A stretch of 64,000 nt of DNA. Origin: an uncultured delta proteobacterium (lineage in GTDB: Bacteria > Desulfobacterota > Desulfobacteria > Desulfobacterales > JAHEIW01). The notes under the pieces are model-generated. The model was not told the origin of the DNA, did not search any database, and worked only from the letters and a program-made list of their open reading frames with translations. The first letter of the stretch is position 1, and each line of letters opens with the position of its first letter. Position numbers and translations under genes: made by a program. The stretch lies in NCBI GenBank assembly GCA_963706575.1, contig CAVPNL010000004.1:256001-320000 (forward strand), written 5' to 3'. This document shows, one piece after another, positions 1 to 10,748 of the stretch.

Positions 1-633
1 TGGCAACGGATGCAGCACGACGGATATATCGGATTTGAATTGTTTTTCCACCTGCTTTCCGCTGAATATGTGGACCATGTCGTCAAAAAGATTTGTATAG
101 GTGTCAGCCACCCGCTTCATGGACTGTTCGCAGCGTTTCTGAAATAGGGGATAGCGTTCCTGGCCGTCTTTCAATTCGCGGAATGAAATCCAGTTTCCCG
201 TAGCCGGCAGCCCCTTGCCGTATAAAACGTAGCTGAGAAAGGGAACCGCTACCCAGGGATTGATATGGATGTCGGCGGATAGATTTCCCTTGGTATCGAC
301 GCTGAAATCCTTGCCCAGCACTTTGAGCGTCAGTTTGCCGCCTGCGAATTTAGCGCCCACTTTTTCTGCGGCGCGGGCAAGATCTGCAGCGGCGACCTCG
401 TTTTTCAGTCCTACCAGGTAGTCTGCCCCCTCTACAAAAATATTATTCGGATCTTCGTCTGCCCCGGAAAAGCGCTCGATGGTTTTCTGGTCCAGCTTGG
501 GGCAGTCTGTGATTTTTCGCCTACCCTGGAAAACCGCTCCGGCAAATGCCAGACATGTCTTTTCGCCGCACTCCCGGCAGTTGGACTTGTCGAGCAACTG
601 AAAGATTTCCATAGCGTGTTTCGGTTGCGGCAT
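1..633 (-). CDS. Fe-S cluster (CxxCxxxxC) domain / DUF3786-like protein, runs off the window end
   Basis: Own translation from ATG at 633: MPQPKHAMEIFQLLDKSNCRECGEKTCLAFAGAVFQGRRKITDCPKLD...; not in the ORF track because it is incomplete. Confidence 0.75.
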   Translation of the reverse strand, partial: MPQPKHAMEIFQLLDKSNCRECGEKTCLAFAGAVFQGRRKITDCPKLDQKTIERFSGADEDPNNIFVEGADYLVGLKNEVAAADLARAAEKVGAKFAGGKLTLKVLGKDFSVDTKGNLSADIHINPWVAVPFLSYVLYGKGLPATGNWISFRELKDGQERYPLFQKRCEQSMKRVADTYTNLFDDMVHIFSGKQVEKQFKSDISVVLHPLP

Positions 634-860
634 GCCGCCTCTCTTTCACTGTCATTTCAATTCGAATAAACCGTGCCACCCCAAATTTTTACCATTAACA
701 AGCAAAAGGTCAAGGTTTGCCTTCTTTTAAAATTTAAAAATTTTAAGATCAGGTGGATGATTACAACATTTAGCAGTGGTTTCAGTTTGGGGTTGATTGC
801 CGGCCCGATAAAAACTATAAAAACCCTAATCGACAGCTACATTTCATTTGGAGGTTTCTT

Positions 861-1241
861 ATGTCATATCGCTTTCATCACGTTCATATCATCTGCAAAG
901 ATCTTGAAAAAATGGTTCGCTTCTTTACTGAAGTCCTGGAGGCAAAGCTGACCGACCTGAGAAAATTCGGCACAGCCGACGGGGCTTCCCTTGATTTAAA
1001 CGGCACCACCGTTAACCTGAGAGTTGCTAGAGAAGATGAGGAAATGGTTGGAGATGCTTCACAATCGACATACGGCTATGATCATATCGGCCTGGAGGTC
1101 GAAGATATCGAAAGCGTATTCAAAGACCTGACTGCACGGGGATTTTCATTTTTAATGCCGCCCACGGAAATACCCCACCTGAAAATCGCCTTCTTCAAAG
1201 GTCCTGAAGATATTACGATTGAATTATGTCAGCCGGCCTAA
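861..1241 (+). CDS. VOC/glyoxalase family protein
   Basis: HHVHI...DHIGLEV...GPEDITIEL metal-binding motifs; GGAGG RBS. Confidence 0.85.
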   Translation: MSYRFHHVHIICKDLEKMVRFFTEVLEAKLTDLRKFGTADGASLDLNGTTVNLRVAREDEEMVGDASQSTYGYDHIGLEVEDIESVFKDLTARGFSFLMPPTEIPHLKIAFFKGPEDITIELCQPA

Positions 1242-1297
1242 CTAGAAGTGGTCCGAGGCCCTTTCAGTGCCAGAATTGTCTGATATTCCATTTGATT

Positions 1298-1489
1298 TTA
1301 TCCGGGTGTTGCGGTCTTGGTGGGGTTAGATGGGTGGTTTTTGGGTTGATTAATCGTAACGGCTCTGTTGCTTGGCATTGATCGCCTGTTTTTCTCATCC
1401 TGCTCGGGTTTGCTGGATAGAGAAACAAAAAAAAGTCCTAAATACCCCAAACACAAAAGGATGATGCCGATGGTGGTCAAAGTAGTCAT
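1298..1489 (-). CDS. small single-TM hypothetical protein
   Basis: Hydrophobic N-terminus; follows the 1532-1705 ORF on the same strand. Confidence 0.45.
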   Translation of the reverse strand: MTTLTTIGIILLCLGYLGLFFVSLSSKPEQDEKNRRSMPSNRAVTINQPKNHPSNPTKTATPG

Positions 1490-1531
1490 AAAAAATCAGC
1501 CCTTTTTAAAATTTGAAACGCTCAATTCAGG

Positions 1532-1705
1532 TTAAAGTTTATTTAATTCGTCTTCAGGAATACCAGTTAAACGACCCATTTCAACGGCTTGTTTTAAAAG
1601 CTCACCCGGCGGATCGTCACCCCGATTTCGAATTCTTGAGATTTTTAGAACGAATTTGAGGTACTCAAGCTTATTTTCAAAAGGATATTTATCGTCTATT
1701 TCCAT
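1532..1705 (-). CDS. small hypothetical protein (57 aa)
   Basis: Own translation MEIDDKYPFENKLEYLKFVLKISRIRNRGDDPPGELLKQAVEMGRLTGIPEDELNKL. Confidence 0.5.
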   Translation of the reverse strand: MEIDDKYPFENKLEYLKFVLKISRIRNRGDDPPGELLKQAVEMGRLTGIPEDELNKL

Positions 1706-1937
1706 GTCAGCCTGCTACGGATATTACGTTTAGGACGGCTCCGTCATAAAGTCCACTCTACAGTAGGCAACCCCCAGGGACAAAAACCATGCGCATCGGA
1801 TTGGTTTTCATTAATCGGACAGTTACTATCATCGGATTATTTTAGATGGAACTTGAGCCGGATTTCGCTGTTTTTAAAGGGCAATGTTGAGCATTTGAGA
1901 TTTGAGGTTATCGATATACGCTTTCGGCAATTTCTTA

Positions 1938-2123
1938 GAACCCATCTCAAAAATAGGATTTTGGTTCAAGATCGCGGCGGGGCCGTTTTCCCGCGTTGCG
2001 GGATTCCCCGTCATCTTATAATCTTTGTGGGTCGCAAACCGGAGGCATACTGTTGTATGTCGAGGATTTGAAACGAGGGTCCAACAAAGATATTGGGCCA
2101 AAAGACATTTTTGAGATGGATTC
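1938..2123. mobile_element. MITE-like element with 17-bp terminal inverted repeats GAACCCATCTCAAAAAT/ATTTTTGAGATGGATTC
   Basis: Near-identical TIRs delimit 22393-22647. Confidence 0.65.
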
Positions 2124-2532
2124 TTGTTGACAGCAGCGTTTGACATCCAGCCATTTAAGTTGTGAAATTAATTACATAATTTTGGATAACCGGTTACCAC
2201 CCCTGGCATAGGCTCGCTGTCATATTTATCATAACTATATGAAATCATTATATTATATTTTTTATGTGAACAGGCTTGTTTAGCATGATATTTGCAGAGT
2301 CTTATTTAAGGGGGGTCATATGGGATTTTAATACCGTTCACCGATAGAAAAACCCCTCTGAGGAATTACATCACAATACCGCTTAGATTCAACAATTACA
2401 CCCGCCAATTGTTTCTCAATTATCCATCTTTGCGAATGGTTTAACCCGATTGCCTTTTATGCGTGGCAGCGACAGTTGTCTGGGTTGGCCTCGCGCAAGT
2501 CAGGAAAGGCTCTGGTCGGAGGTAAAATTGTG

Positions 2533-3888
2533 ATGTCCCATAATATCGGTTTTGTTTCAACGCGATTTGCGGGAATAGATGGGGTTTCTTTAGAAGCCGG
2601 CAAGTGGGCGGATGTATTAGAAACCGAGGGGCACAACTGTTTTTGGTTTGCCGGCGAGCTGGATAAAGATCCGGAAAAAAGTTATCTGGCTCCTGAAGCG
2701 CATTTTAAGCACCCTTATAATCAGTGGATAAACCGGCAGGTTTTTGGAAAAACAGACAGAACGTCTTCTGTCATGGCCTCCATTGAAAACCTGAAAAACA
2801 TCTTAAATGTCCGGCTTCAGGAATTCATCGATAATTTTCATATTGACCTTTTAATTGTCGAAAACGCGCTGGCGATTCCCTTGAACATTCCGCTCGGTCT
2901 GGCATTAGCGGAACTGACTGCAGAGACTCAGATTCCCACCATTGCCCATCATCATGATTTTTTCTGGGAAAGAAATCGTTTACGGATAAATGCTGTCGGA
3001 GATTATCTGCACAATTTCTTTCCACCCCGATTGTCCAACGTCCAACATGTCGTTATTAATTCCATGGCGCGTTTTGAACTAATCCGCCGTCGAGGCATTA
3101 CGGCAACCATCATCCCCAACGTACTCGATTTCGACAACCCGCAACCCGTCAACCACCGGGATTACATAAATTTTCTTGAATCCTTCGGACTGCAACAAGA
3201 CCATAAAACCATACTGCAACCCACCCGCATTGTTCGCAGAAAAGGGATCGAGCATGCAATTGACCTGGTCGAAAATCTAAAAGATCCGCACTATAAATTG
3301 CTTATATCCCACGAGGCCGGTGATGAGGGTTTGGAATATGCCGAATGGATCAAATATTATGCCCTTAAACGTGGCGTAGATCTGCGGTTGGCCCAAAAAT
3401 CCATATCGAGTCCATGGCTTCATCCAAGGCATCATGTGAATGGACATTCCCTCTGGAATGTCTACGCTCATGCCGATTTTGTGACCTTCCCCAGTCTTTA
3501 CGAAGGCTTTGGCAATGCATTTTTAGAGGCCATTTATTTTAAAAAACCGCTGCTTGTGAACCGCTACGCCACCTTTGTGAGCGATATCGAGCCCAAAGGA
3601 TTCGATTTAGTGAAAATGGACGGGGAGATAACGGCTAAAACCGTGCAGGAGGTCAGAAAAATTTTGGATTCACCGGAGAAAACAGCAGAAATGGTGAATC
3701 TAAATTATGAAATCGCCAAACGGCACTATTCTTATGACGTTCTGCGGTGCCTATTGAATCCGATTATGGATCGAATGCTGGGCAAAGTGGATTTTGAGGA
3801 AAACGCCGTAATTTCTATGAATCGGCAGGCGGTATACGATTTAAAATTAAAGCCGGATGTGTGTCTGTTTTCTTATCTAAAGAATTAG
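2533..3888 (+). CDS. GT4 family glycosyltransferase (mannosylglucosylglycerate synthase-like)
   Basis: TRFAGIDGVSLE N-terminus, HHHDF, PSLYEGFGNAFLEA motif; likely start ATG 2533. Confidence 0.8.
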   Translation: MSHNIGFVSTRFAGIDGVSLEAGKWADVLETEGHNCFWFAGELDKDPEKSYLAPEAHFKHPYNQWINRQVFGKTDRTSSVMASIENLKNILNVRLQEFIDNFHIDLLIVENALAIPLNIPLGLALAELTAETQIPTIAHHHDFFWERNRLRINAVGDYLHNFFPPRLSNVQHVVINSMARFELIRRRGITATIIPNVLDFDNPQPVNHRDYINFLESFGLQQDHKTILQPTRIVRRKGIEHAIDLVENLKDPHYKLLISHEAGDEGLEYAEWIKYYALKRGVDLRLAQKSISSPWLHPRHHVNGHSLWNVYAHADFVTFPSLYEGFGNAFLEAIYFKKPLLVNRYATFVSDIEPKGFDLVKMDGEITAKTVQEVRKILDSPEKTAEMVNLNYEIAKRHYSYDVLRCLLNPIMDRMLGKVDFEENAVISMNRQAVYDLKLKPDVCLFSYLKN

Positions 3889-4071
3889 GTATGAATTTTT
3901 TGGGTAATAAATGAAGTAATACGATCACAACTCAAATGCTTCTATGGTTATCAGACTTTACAGATTCGCTCTATTCATTGCCTGGATTACAATTTTAATC
4001 TGGGTTGCACTTGAAGTGGATAGGATGAAAATATTAAAATTTTAGTCTCAATCGGCAATTTGGAAAGATCG

Positions 4072-5247
4072 TTATTCTTTTATAAAAAGCTTGCGAGGAA
4101 AATTGGCAAAAGTTTCATGGCCGTCATCGGTGACGCGCAAAGATTCGCTGCACTCAAAGCCCCAATCGTCCATCCACATCCCCAGGATCATATGAAACGT
4201 CATATTCGGCTCCAGAATTGTTTTGTCTCCGGGCCGCAAACTGGCGGTGTGCTCCCCCCAATCCGGCGGATAGTTTAATCCCACGGAATAGCCAATGCGG
4301 GATTCTTTTTCTAAACCGGCCCGGGCAATCACCTGACGCCATGCCAATTCGATTTCTTCACACGTCACGCCGGGCTTAATCGCATCGAGTGCCGTATTAC
4401 AACCCTCGACCACAACCTTGGAGGTGTCAACCAGGTTGCCGGGCGGGTTTTTACCGAGATACATCGTTCTTGCCAAAGGGCTATGGTAGCGGTTATGGCA
4501 GGCTGCCAGTTCCATATTTACAGCGATTTCATTTTGATACGGTTCGTCCGTCCAGGTAAGGTGTGGGGTGGATGTCTTTTCTCCGCAAGGCATCATCGGA
4601 ACGAAGGACGTATAATCACCCCCGTAGCTGTCTGTTCCACGGATTTGAGTACGATAAATTTCAGCAACCGCATCACATTCTCTAACGCCCGGTGCAACGG
4701 TATCAATGGCCGTTTGCATTACGCGCTCGGCGATTTTCCCGGCCTTTTGCATAAATTCAATTTCCCTGGCTGATTTTACTATTCTCACCCAGCTGACCAA
4801 TAAATTCGCATCATCAAATTTGGCGTTTGGCAGGCTCTTTTGCAGTTCGACAAAACTTTTGGCACTAAAATAATAGGCATCCATTTCCGTGCCGATGGTT
4901 TTTGTATCCCATCCGCGTTTTTTTATTTCATCCGCGACAACCTGCATCGGGTGCTTGACGGGCGTTTGAACATAATCATCCGCATAACCGATGATGCGTT
5001 CATCGGATAAATAAGTGGTATGTTTAGCGCCATTGGCATCCATACCGCGGCCAATCCAGATGGGTTCGTCATCGTCTATCGATAGGACCACAACCTGCGG
5101 AACATAAAAAGACCAGCCGTCATATCCGGTTAAGTAATTCATATTGGCCGGATCGGATACGACAAGAATATCAATACCCTTTTCTGTCATACTCATTTTG
5201 GTTTTGCGCACCCGCTCCTGATATTCTTCAATGTCAAACAGTGCCAT
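4072..5247 (-). CDS. doeA: M24 (Xaa-Pro) family peptidase, ectoine hydrolase DoeA/EutD-like
   Basis: DPANMNYLTGYDGWSFYV, GGDY, PHLTW, SRIGYSVGLNYPPDWGEHTASLR motifs typical of DoeA/EutD. Confidence 0.7.
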   Translation of the reverse strand: MALFDIEEYQERVRKTKMSMTEKGIDILVVSDPANMNYLTGYDGWSFYVPQVVVLSIDDDEPIWIGRGMDANGAKHTTYLSDERIIGYADDYVQTPVKHPMQVVADEIKKRGWDTKTIGTEMDAYYFSAKSFVELQKSLPNAKFDDANLLVSWVRIVKSAREIEFMQKAGKIAERVMQTAIDTVAPGVRECDAVAEIYRTQIRGTDSYGGDYTSFVPMMPCGEKTSTPHLTWTDEPYQNEIAVNMELAACHNRYHSPLARTMYLGKNPPGNLVDTSKVVVEGCNTALDAIKPGVTCEEIELAWRQVIARAGLEKESRIGYSVGLNYPPDWGEHTASLRPGDKTILEPNMTFHMILGMWMDDWGFECSESLRVTDDGHETFANFPRKLFIKE

Positions 5248-5302
5248 GGCGCCTCCTCGATCGTTTTCATTTTTATCGTTATTTGTGGATACCCTTCACA
5301 AA

Positions 5303-6364
5303 TCAGCTTGTTTTGCCGTTGATCCTTATCCGGCAAACCTCATCCCCTCTTGTCTTACACTGAGGAACTTCGGCAGTAAACGCGGCATCATAGTTTGATG
5401 CTATTCCCGTATAACATCTCTCACAGTATATTCTCATAGTTGACAGTCCACCCAGCCAATTCCACGTTTCAGCAAAAGGACAATAAGAGACCTCTATCTC
5501 GATCCCATCAGCGTTCACTTTTGTCTCTGTCTCCCATGAGATCCTGTAGGGGTGGTCAAAATTAAAATATAAGCTTTCCGGTCCGTTCCCCCACTTTTTC
5601 TCATCCCTTTGCTTTCCAAGGGTGGCCGCACGGCTTACCGCCCAAAGATCTATGATTTTAGCAAATTCGGCTTCCGCCTCATCTGGGTGGAATTCTGAAA
5701 GTACTTCCCAGAGAAAATAAATTCTGCCGGCCGTAATACGGGACTTGCGCCTTAGACCGCACCATACGGCTTCTTTTTCAGTGTCCCTTTGCCAGTCCTT
5801 TAGGACATCCTGTCCTGGATATGGATCGATTGCCTCTGGCTCTTTGGCATTTGGCGGCAGGACAAAATTAAAAGTGCATTCATCATCTCTTTTCATTATA
5901 CATTCGGGAATAACAACGACAGCGTCCGGGTGGTATCCCCTTACAAATTGTATATGGAATTCATCGCATAAAACGTGTCCCCACAACCAGAAATCACTTT
6001 CGCGCCAGGGTTCTGAAACCGGGCAGGCGCATTCACCCTTTTTTACCGGGACCTTGACATTTCCGGGGTGCCAGCTCCCTTGCTTCTCCCATTCATCCAT
6101 TAAATGGTATGTCGCTGCGGCACTGTCCCAGTTTTTGCATAGTGTTTCCACATTTATGGGAAGCCCAAGGGCCATATGTCCCTTGCGCAACTCGCGCCCC
6201 CGCCACTGCCCCCATCGTCTAAGCCACCGCCTTACGGTGCGCTCACCCTCTGCGCCGAAGTCTTCGGTGAGTGCTCTGGCCGCTTCCATATAAAACCAGC
6301 CCGATGCGCGGATCATTATCGGTAACGCTGTCGTGATTTCTTCAATCGTAATTTCTTTAGTCAC
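5303..6364 (-). CDS. tandem ATC-hydrolase (L-2-amino-thiazoline-4-carboxylate hydrolase)/V4R-like domain protein
   Basis: Two repeats of CP(V/F)xExW...C...(M/T)xxDxxCxF/I. Confidence 0.65.
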   Translation of the reverse strand: MTKEITIEEITTALPIMIRASGWFYMEAARALTEDFGAEGERTVRRWLRRWGQWRGRELRKGHMALGLPINVETLCKNWDSAAATYHLMDEWEKQGSWHPGNVKVPVKKGECACPVSEPWRESDFWLWGHVLCDEFHIQFVRGYHPDAVVVIPECIMKRDDECTFNFVLPPNAKEPEAIDPYPGQDVLKDWQRDTEKEAVWCGLRRKSRITAGRIYFLWEVLSEFHPDEAEAEFAKIIDLWAVSRAATLGKQRDEKKWGNGPESLYFNFDHPYRISWETETKVNADGIEIEVSYCPFAETWNWLGGLSTMRIYCERCYTGIASNYDAAFTAEVPQCKTRGDEVCRIRINGKTS

Positions 6365-6515
6365 CGGGTACCTCTCTATCCCTATTTATTAGACACTGAC
6401 GATTCGACATTATATCCGATAGACCATAAAATCAATTCATTTGAAGCCTCAGCCGGCTCATTCTTTTAGTGTCAAAATCGATCTTTATCGGGTGGCCGCC
6501 GTTCACCTTTCACCT

Positions 6516-7811
6516 TCACGTTCTGGAATGTAAAAAGGACTCACGCCATTTAACCGGTTCTTCAAGAACAAAAGCACCAACTGCAGCAAAAAGTGAGGTT
6601 ATCATACTTGCTAAAATAGGAATCGTATAACTCTGAAGCAGATCAAAAATGAAGCCGGCAATAGTCGGGCCTATCAGATTTCCTACGGCAACGCTGGTAT
6701 AAATCATGCCAATAATACCACTTATGTTTGGGCCGCTGAAATAATCCGCTGTCACTGCCGGCAAAATTGCAACATAGCCGCCATAGCAGGCGCCAAATAT
6801 GAACGCAAATATGGCCAGTTGCCAAACATTTGCCGCTACCAGCCACCAGGCAAAAATGGCTGCAGCGCCAACGTACATGGCAGCAAGCGATCGGCGCCGA
6901 CCGAACTTATCCGCGACGCTGCCGAGTAAAAAGCGCCCCACGATACTGCCAACACCAATCAGGCTGAATAACATAACCCCGGTTGCTTTCGGCAGCCCGA
7001 GATCATTTGAAAAAGGTATCAGGTGAACAAAAGGAATAAACAGCCCCAGACCAAAGCTGAAAGATCCTGCATAGAGAAGCCAGAACGGCTTTGTGCGCAA
7101 AGCGTCTTTTAAGCTTATTTCACGAACACCTGTTGCTTCAGGTTTAAAAGTTTCTTGGGGTGTATTGAGGGCATCAGCCTCGATCACGTCTCCGTCCGGA
7201 GCCAAACCGCGCCTTTCCGGTGATTCAGCGATAAGAATCGCCGCGCTTACGCCGCAGATAAAAACCAGGATGCTCATAACTAGATAGGCAGTGCGCCAGT
7301 CACTCCAGTGAATCAGGGCTGCAGAAAAAATTGGCATTCCTAAAGTGCCGAGACCGATCCCCATAACGGCTAAACCGGAAGCGAGACCGCGCCGTTTCAC
7401 AAACCAGCGCTGCACCACCCCCATGGAAGGCGCATAAGCGAAGCCTATACCGACCCCGATGCCAAGGCTGTAGACCGCATATATTTGCCACATCGTTTTC
7501 GCCCGGCTGGATAGCAATAGACTTATGCTGATGACAATCACGCCAAAAATAATGACGCGGCGTGAACCAAAACGGTCAGCAATCTGCCCACTAAGCGGGC
7601 TGAGGCTGAAATAGAGAAACCCGGCAATTGCAAAAACAAATGAAACGGAACTGCGGGATGTGCCAAATTCCATCTGCAGTGATTCAAAAAAGGTCGAAAA
7701 GGTATAAGCACTGCCAAATGCCAGCAACAGTATTACGAAAACACAGGCAACAATAATCCAGCCGTAAAAAATAGTCTTCTTTTTTGAAAGCGGATTTTGG
7801 TTTTTATCCAT
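6516..7811 (-). CDS. MFS transporter (OFA/MCT-like)
   Basis: About 12 TM segments, GQIADRFGSRR and ADKFGRRR loops, WFVKRRGLASG. Confidence 0.9.
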   Translation of the reverse strand: MDKNQNPLSKKKTIFYGWIIVACVFVILLLAFGSAYTFSTFFESLQMEFGTSRSSVSFVFAIAGFLYFSLSPLSGQIADRFGSRRVIIFGVIVISISLLLSSRAKTMWQIYAVYSLGIGVGIGFAYAPSMGVVQRWFVKRRGLASGLAVMGIGLGTLGMPIFSAALIHWSDWRTAYLVMSILVFICGVSAAILIAESPERRGLAPDGDVIEADALNTPQETFKPEATGVREISLKDALRTKPFWLLYAGSFSFGLGLFIPFVHLIPFSNDLGLPKATGVMLFSLIGVGSIVGRFLLGSVADKFGRRRSLAAMYVGAAAIFAWWLVAANVWQLAIFAFIFGACYGGYVAILPAVTADYFSGPNISGIIGMIYTSVAVGNLIGPTIAGFIFDLLQSYTIPILASMITSLFAAVGAFVLEEPVKWRESFLHSRT

Positions 7812-7836
7812 CTCAAACGTGTTTGTGGGGATTATT

Positions 7837-7938
7837 GAGGTTGGGCCACGCTAACTATTTGACATTATATTACATAGATCTTAAGATCAAGCCATTTGGC
7901 ACCCAGGAAGGCCTATATTAGGATCAAAATCACCCTTC
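7837..7938 (+). mobile_element. isolated left end of the RAYT/HUH element
   Basis: gggccacgctaactatttgacattat...tcaaaatcacccttc matches 55935-56030. Confidence 0.75.
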
Positions 7939-8005
7939 ATGTAAAAAAGATATAGTTTAATTGACTTCAAAAGCATAAAGCGCAGGCATTTTCGGAGGTC
8001 GTATA

Positions 8006-8983
8006 ATGAGACACCTACCCTTTCCGGAATTCTTAGAGAAATCTCGATGCATCCTTGGCGAGGGTGCCGTTATTGAGCGCCTGCGCCGCAACAGCGAACT
8101 CGACCTTGATCCCCATATCGTTAATTCGGCATTTATCTATGATAAGGAACAGCGTACTGCGATTTCTGGAATCTATCGACAATATCTTGATATTGGCCTC
8201 AAATATAATCTCCCCCTGCTCCTTTCCACCCCAACCTGGCGAGCAAGCCGAGAACGTATTAAAAAAGCGGGTTATGAAAAATCGGACGTGAACGGTGACA
8301 ATTTCCGCCATCTCGATGGAATGCGCAAAAGCTATGGCGAATATGCCAATAAAGTCATCATATGTGGTTTGTTGAGTTGCCGCGGAGACGCATATAATCA
8401 GTCAGAAGCCCTTACATCAAAGGATGCACACAAATTTCACTCATGGCAGGCGAATAGACTCGCAGAAGCAGGAGTGGACTTCCTTCTTGCCGCCACTTTA
8501 CCTGCACTCAGTGAGGCAATCGGCTTGGCAACAGCGCTTGCCGCCACCGGAAAACCGTACATTATGAGTTTTGTGTTTCGCCCTGAAGGCACGCTGCTGG
8601 ATAGTACCCCTTTGAAAGATGCCATTTCCATAATCGATAGTGACGTCAATCCAAAGCCCACAGCCTATATGGCCAATTGCACGCATGCCTCTATTTTTAA
8701 AACCGCCATCATGCACGATACCAATTCGTCTGCCACTGTCAGAAAACGAGTCGCAGGGCTATTGGCCAATACGGCCGCACTTAATCCTGAAGAACTCGAC
8801 GACAGCGATGACCTGATTGAAGAGGACCCTCAAATTTTTGGTCAATCGCTGGCCAGCCTTCATAGTGAATTGGGCATAAAGGTTCTTGGGGGATGCTGCG
8901 GAACTGATGACCGGCATATCGACAATTTAGCAGAAAGACTTGTTTCGGATAATTTTGAGCCTGAACAAAGGGCGCAGTGTTGA
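8006..8983 (+). CDS. homocysteine S-methyltransferase family protein
   Basis: ANC and GGCCG Zn-binding motifs. Confidence 0.88.
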   Translation: MRHLPFPEFLEKSRCILGEGAVIERLRRNSELDLDPHIVNSAFIYDKEQRTAISGIYRQYLDIGLKYNLPLLLSTPTWRASRERIKKAGYEKSDVNGDNFRHLDGMRKSYGEYANKVIICGLLSCRGDAYNQSEALTSKDAHKFHSWQANRLAEAGVDFLLAATLPALSEAIGLATALAATGKPYIMSFVFRPEGTLLDSTPLKDAISIIDSDVNPKPTAYMANCTHASIFKTAIMHDTNSSATVRKRVAGLLANTAALNPEELDDSDDLIEEDPQIFGQSLASLHSELGIKVLGGCCGTDDRHIDNLAERLVSDNFEPEQRAQC

Positions 8984-9021
8984 GCATGCTCTTAAAGGGG
9001 TTTTGAAACCACTTCTATACT

Positions 9022-10383
9022 TTATAACTTCTCCAAAATCTCCGCCTCGGCCTCTGTAATGGATTGATCCAACAGAGATATCATCTCATCAATCTCTTCT
9101 TTTTTTATAATAAACGGAGGCGCAATTAAAACATGGTCTCCGCGATGGCCATCTACGGTTCCCGCACCCGGATATATGATCAATCCATTTTCAAACGCCT
9201 TTTTCGCAATTAAATTGGCAACGTAACCAGATTCCTCAAAATCAAATGGTTCTCTGGTTTTTTGATTCTTAACAAATTCCATCCCCAGCAAGAATCCTTT
9301 GCCTCGGATGTCTCCCACAATGGCATGTCCGGATAGCGGTTTCAATTGCTCCATCAAGTATCCTTTGAGCTGTTTTACATTTGCGATTAAATTATGCTTT
9401 TGCATATATTCATGTACTTTAACACCTACGGCACCTGCCATGGGAGTGCCGGAATACGTATGCCCCGGAGCGAATATCCCTTTTTTTCCATCTCTCAATA
9501 CGCGATAAATCTTTTCTGATATGACGATACCGGCTAAGGGGTAGTAACCTGCACTGGCGCCTTTAGCAAAGACAATCATATCCGGAGTAACATCCCAATT
9601 TTCAATTCCAAAATTTACTCCCGTACGCCCAAATCCTGTCATGACTTCATCAACAATAAACAATATATCAAACTCATCGCATATTTCTCGGATGATCTTG
9701 TAATATTCTGCAGGGGGGGTTATGGCACCGCCGGCGGCTCCGACAACCGGTTCAGCAATAAATGCGCTAATATATTCCTCACCGATCATTTGAATGGTTT
9801 CCTTTAACCGGTAGGCGCAAGCAACATTGCAAGCAGGATATTCACTTTTTTCCGGGCATCGATAGCAATAGGGTGCGTTTATCTTCGGATATGGCAAAAG
9901 AGAAGTCACAAAATTTTTTCGCCGTGCGACATGTCCGGACATGGATAATGCGCCCATGGTTATCCCATGGTAGCTCAGCCAGCGTGAAATAATCAGCTCT
10001 TTTCTGACCTTATTCCGTTCTAAATAATATTGGTGGGCAATCTTGGCGGCCATCTCGGTGCCCTCGGAACCGCTGGAAACAAAAAAAACCCGATCAAGGT
10101 CTTTTGGCGCCATTTCGGCAATTAGTGCTGCCAGCTTTTCAGTCGGTTCACTCGTAAAATGTGATCTAAAAACATATGCGACTTTCTCAGCCTGGGCAGC
10201 ATATGCTTCACCAATTTCCTTAACGCCATGGCCAATATTACAAACCACCGGCCCTGAGCTCCCGTCAATATAACGTTTACCGGATGAATCATAAAGATAA
10301 ATCCCTTTGCCTTTCTTTACTGTAGGCGCAATTGATCTTAAGTTGTAACGCACAAAATGGCTATCTTCGATATTCTTTTTCAT
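9022..10383 (-). CDS. class III PLP aminotransferase
   Basis: SGSEG, SYHG, IVDEVMTGFGRTG, FAKG, GHTYSG; likely start ATG 10383. Confidence 0.9.
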   Translation of the reverse strand: MKKNIEDSHFVRYNLRSIAPTVKKGKGIYLYDSSGKRYIDGSSGPVVCNIGHGVKEIGEAYAAQAEKVAYVFRSHFTSEPTEKLAALIAEMAPKDLDRVFFVSSGSEGTEMAAKIAHQYYLERNKVRKELIISRWLSYHGITMGALSMSGHVARRKNFVTSLLPYPKINAPYCYRCPEKSEYPACNVACAYRLKETIQMIGEEYISAFIAEPVVGAAGGAITPPAEYYKIIREICDEFDILFIVDEVMTGFGRTGVNFGIENWDVTPDMIVFAKGASAGYYPLAGIVISEKIYRVLRDGKKGIFAPGHTYSGTPMAGAVGVKVHEYMQKHNLIANVKQLKGYLMEQLKPLSGHAIVGDIRGKGFLLGMEFVKNQKTREPFDFEESGYVANLIAKKAFENGLIIYPGAGTVDGHRGDHVLIAPPFIIKKEEIDEMISLLDQSITEAEAEILEKL

Positions 10384-10414
10384 AATTAAAAGTCCTTGGA
10401 GCCAATTTATTATT

Positions 10415-10507
10415 GGGGGATCGGGCCACGCCAACTATTTGACATTATGCACATACATCATAAAATCAAGTTGTTAAGCCTAAAATACGGTCCTTTTTTT
10501 AGCTCTT
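10415..10507 (+). mobile_element. miniature RAYT derivative (left end fused to partial right end)
   Basis: gggggatcgggccacg...cataaaatcaag joined directly to ttaagcctaaaa...ttttttagctctt. Confidence 0.75.
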
Positions 10508-10686
10508 CCAGAGCGAAGGACGGGGCTTCCGGGGCCATGAGTTGCCTACCGCGGCGAAGCTCGCCAGAGCGAAGACGGGTCGTCTTCGACCACGAGCTGT
10601 CAACGGCTTATTAAAAATACCCCCCTTTCCTGCTTTCCATTCCCAATATTACAAAATGTAGAGTTTCACCTAAAAGAAATCGTTGT

Positions 10687-10748
10687 GATATACGTGGATA
10701 TCAAAAGTTTTGGTGGGTGGTAAATTCCACCGATATGTTGAAGATATC
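10687..10748 (+). repeat. GATAT-N6/7-ATATC site (two units, 45 bp apart)
   Basis: gatatacgtggatatc at 10687 and gatatgttgaagatatc at 10732. Confidence 0.75.
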
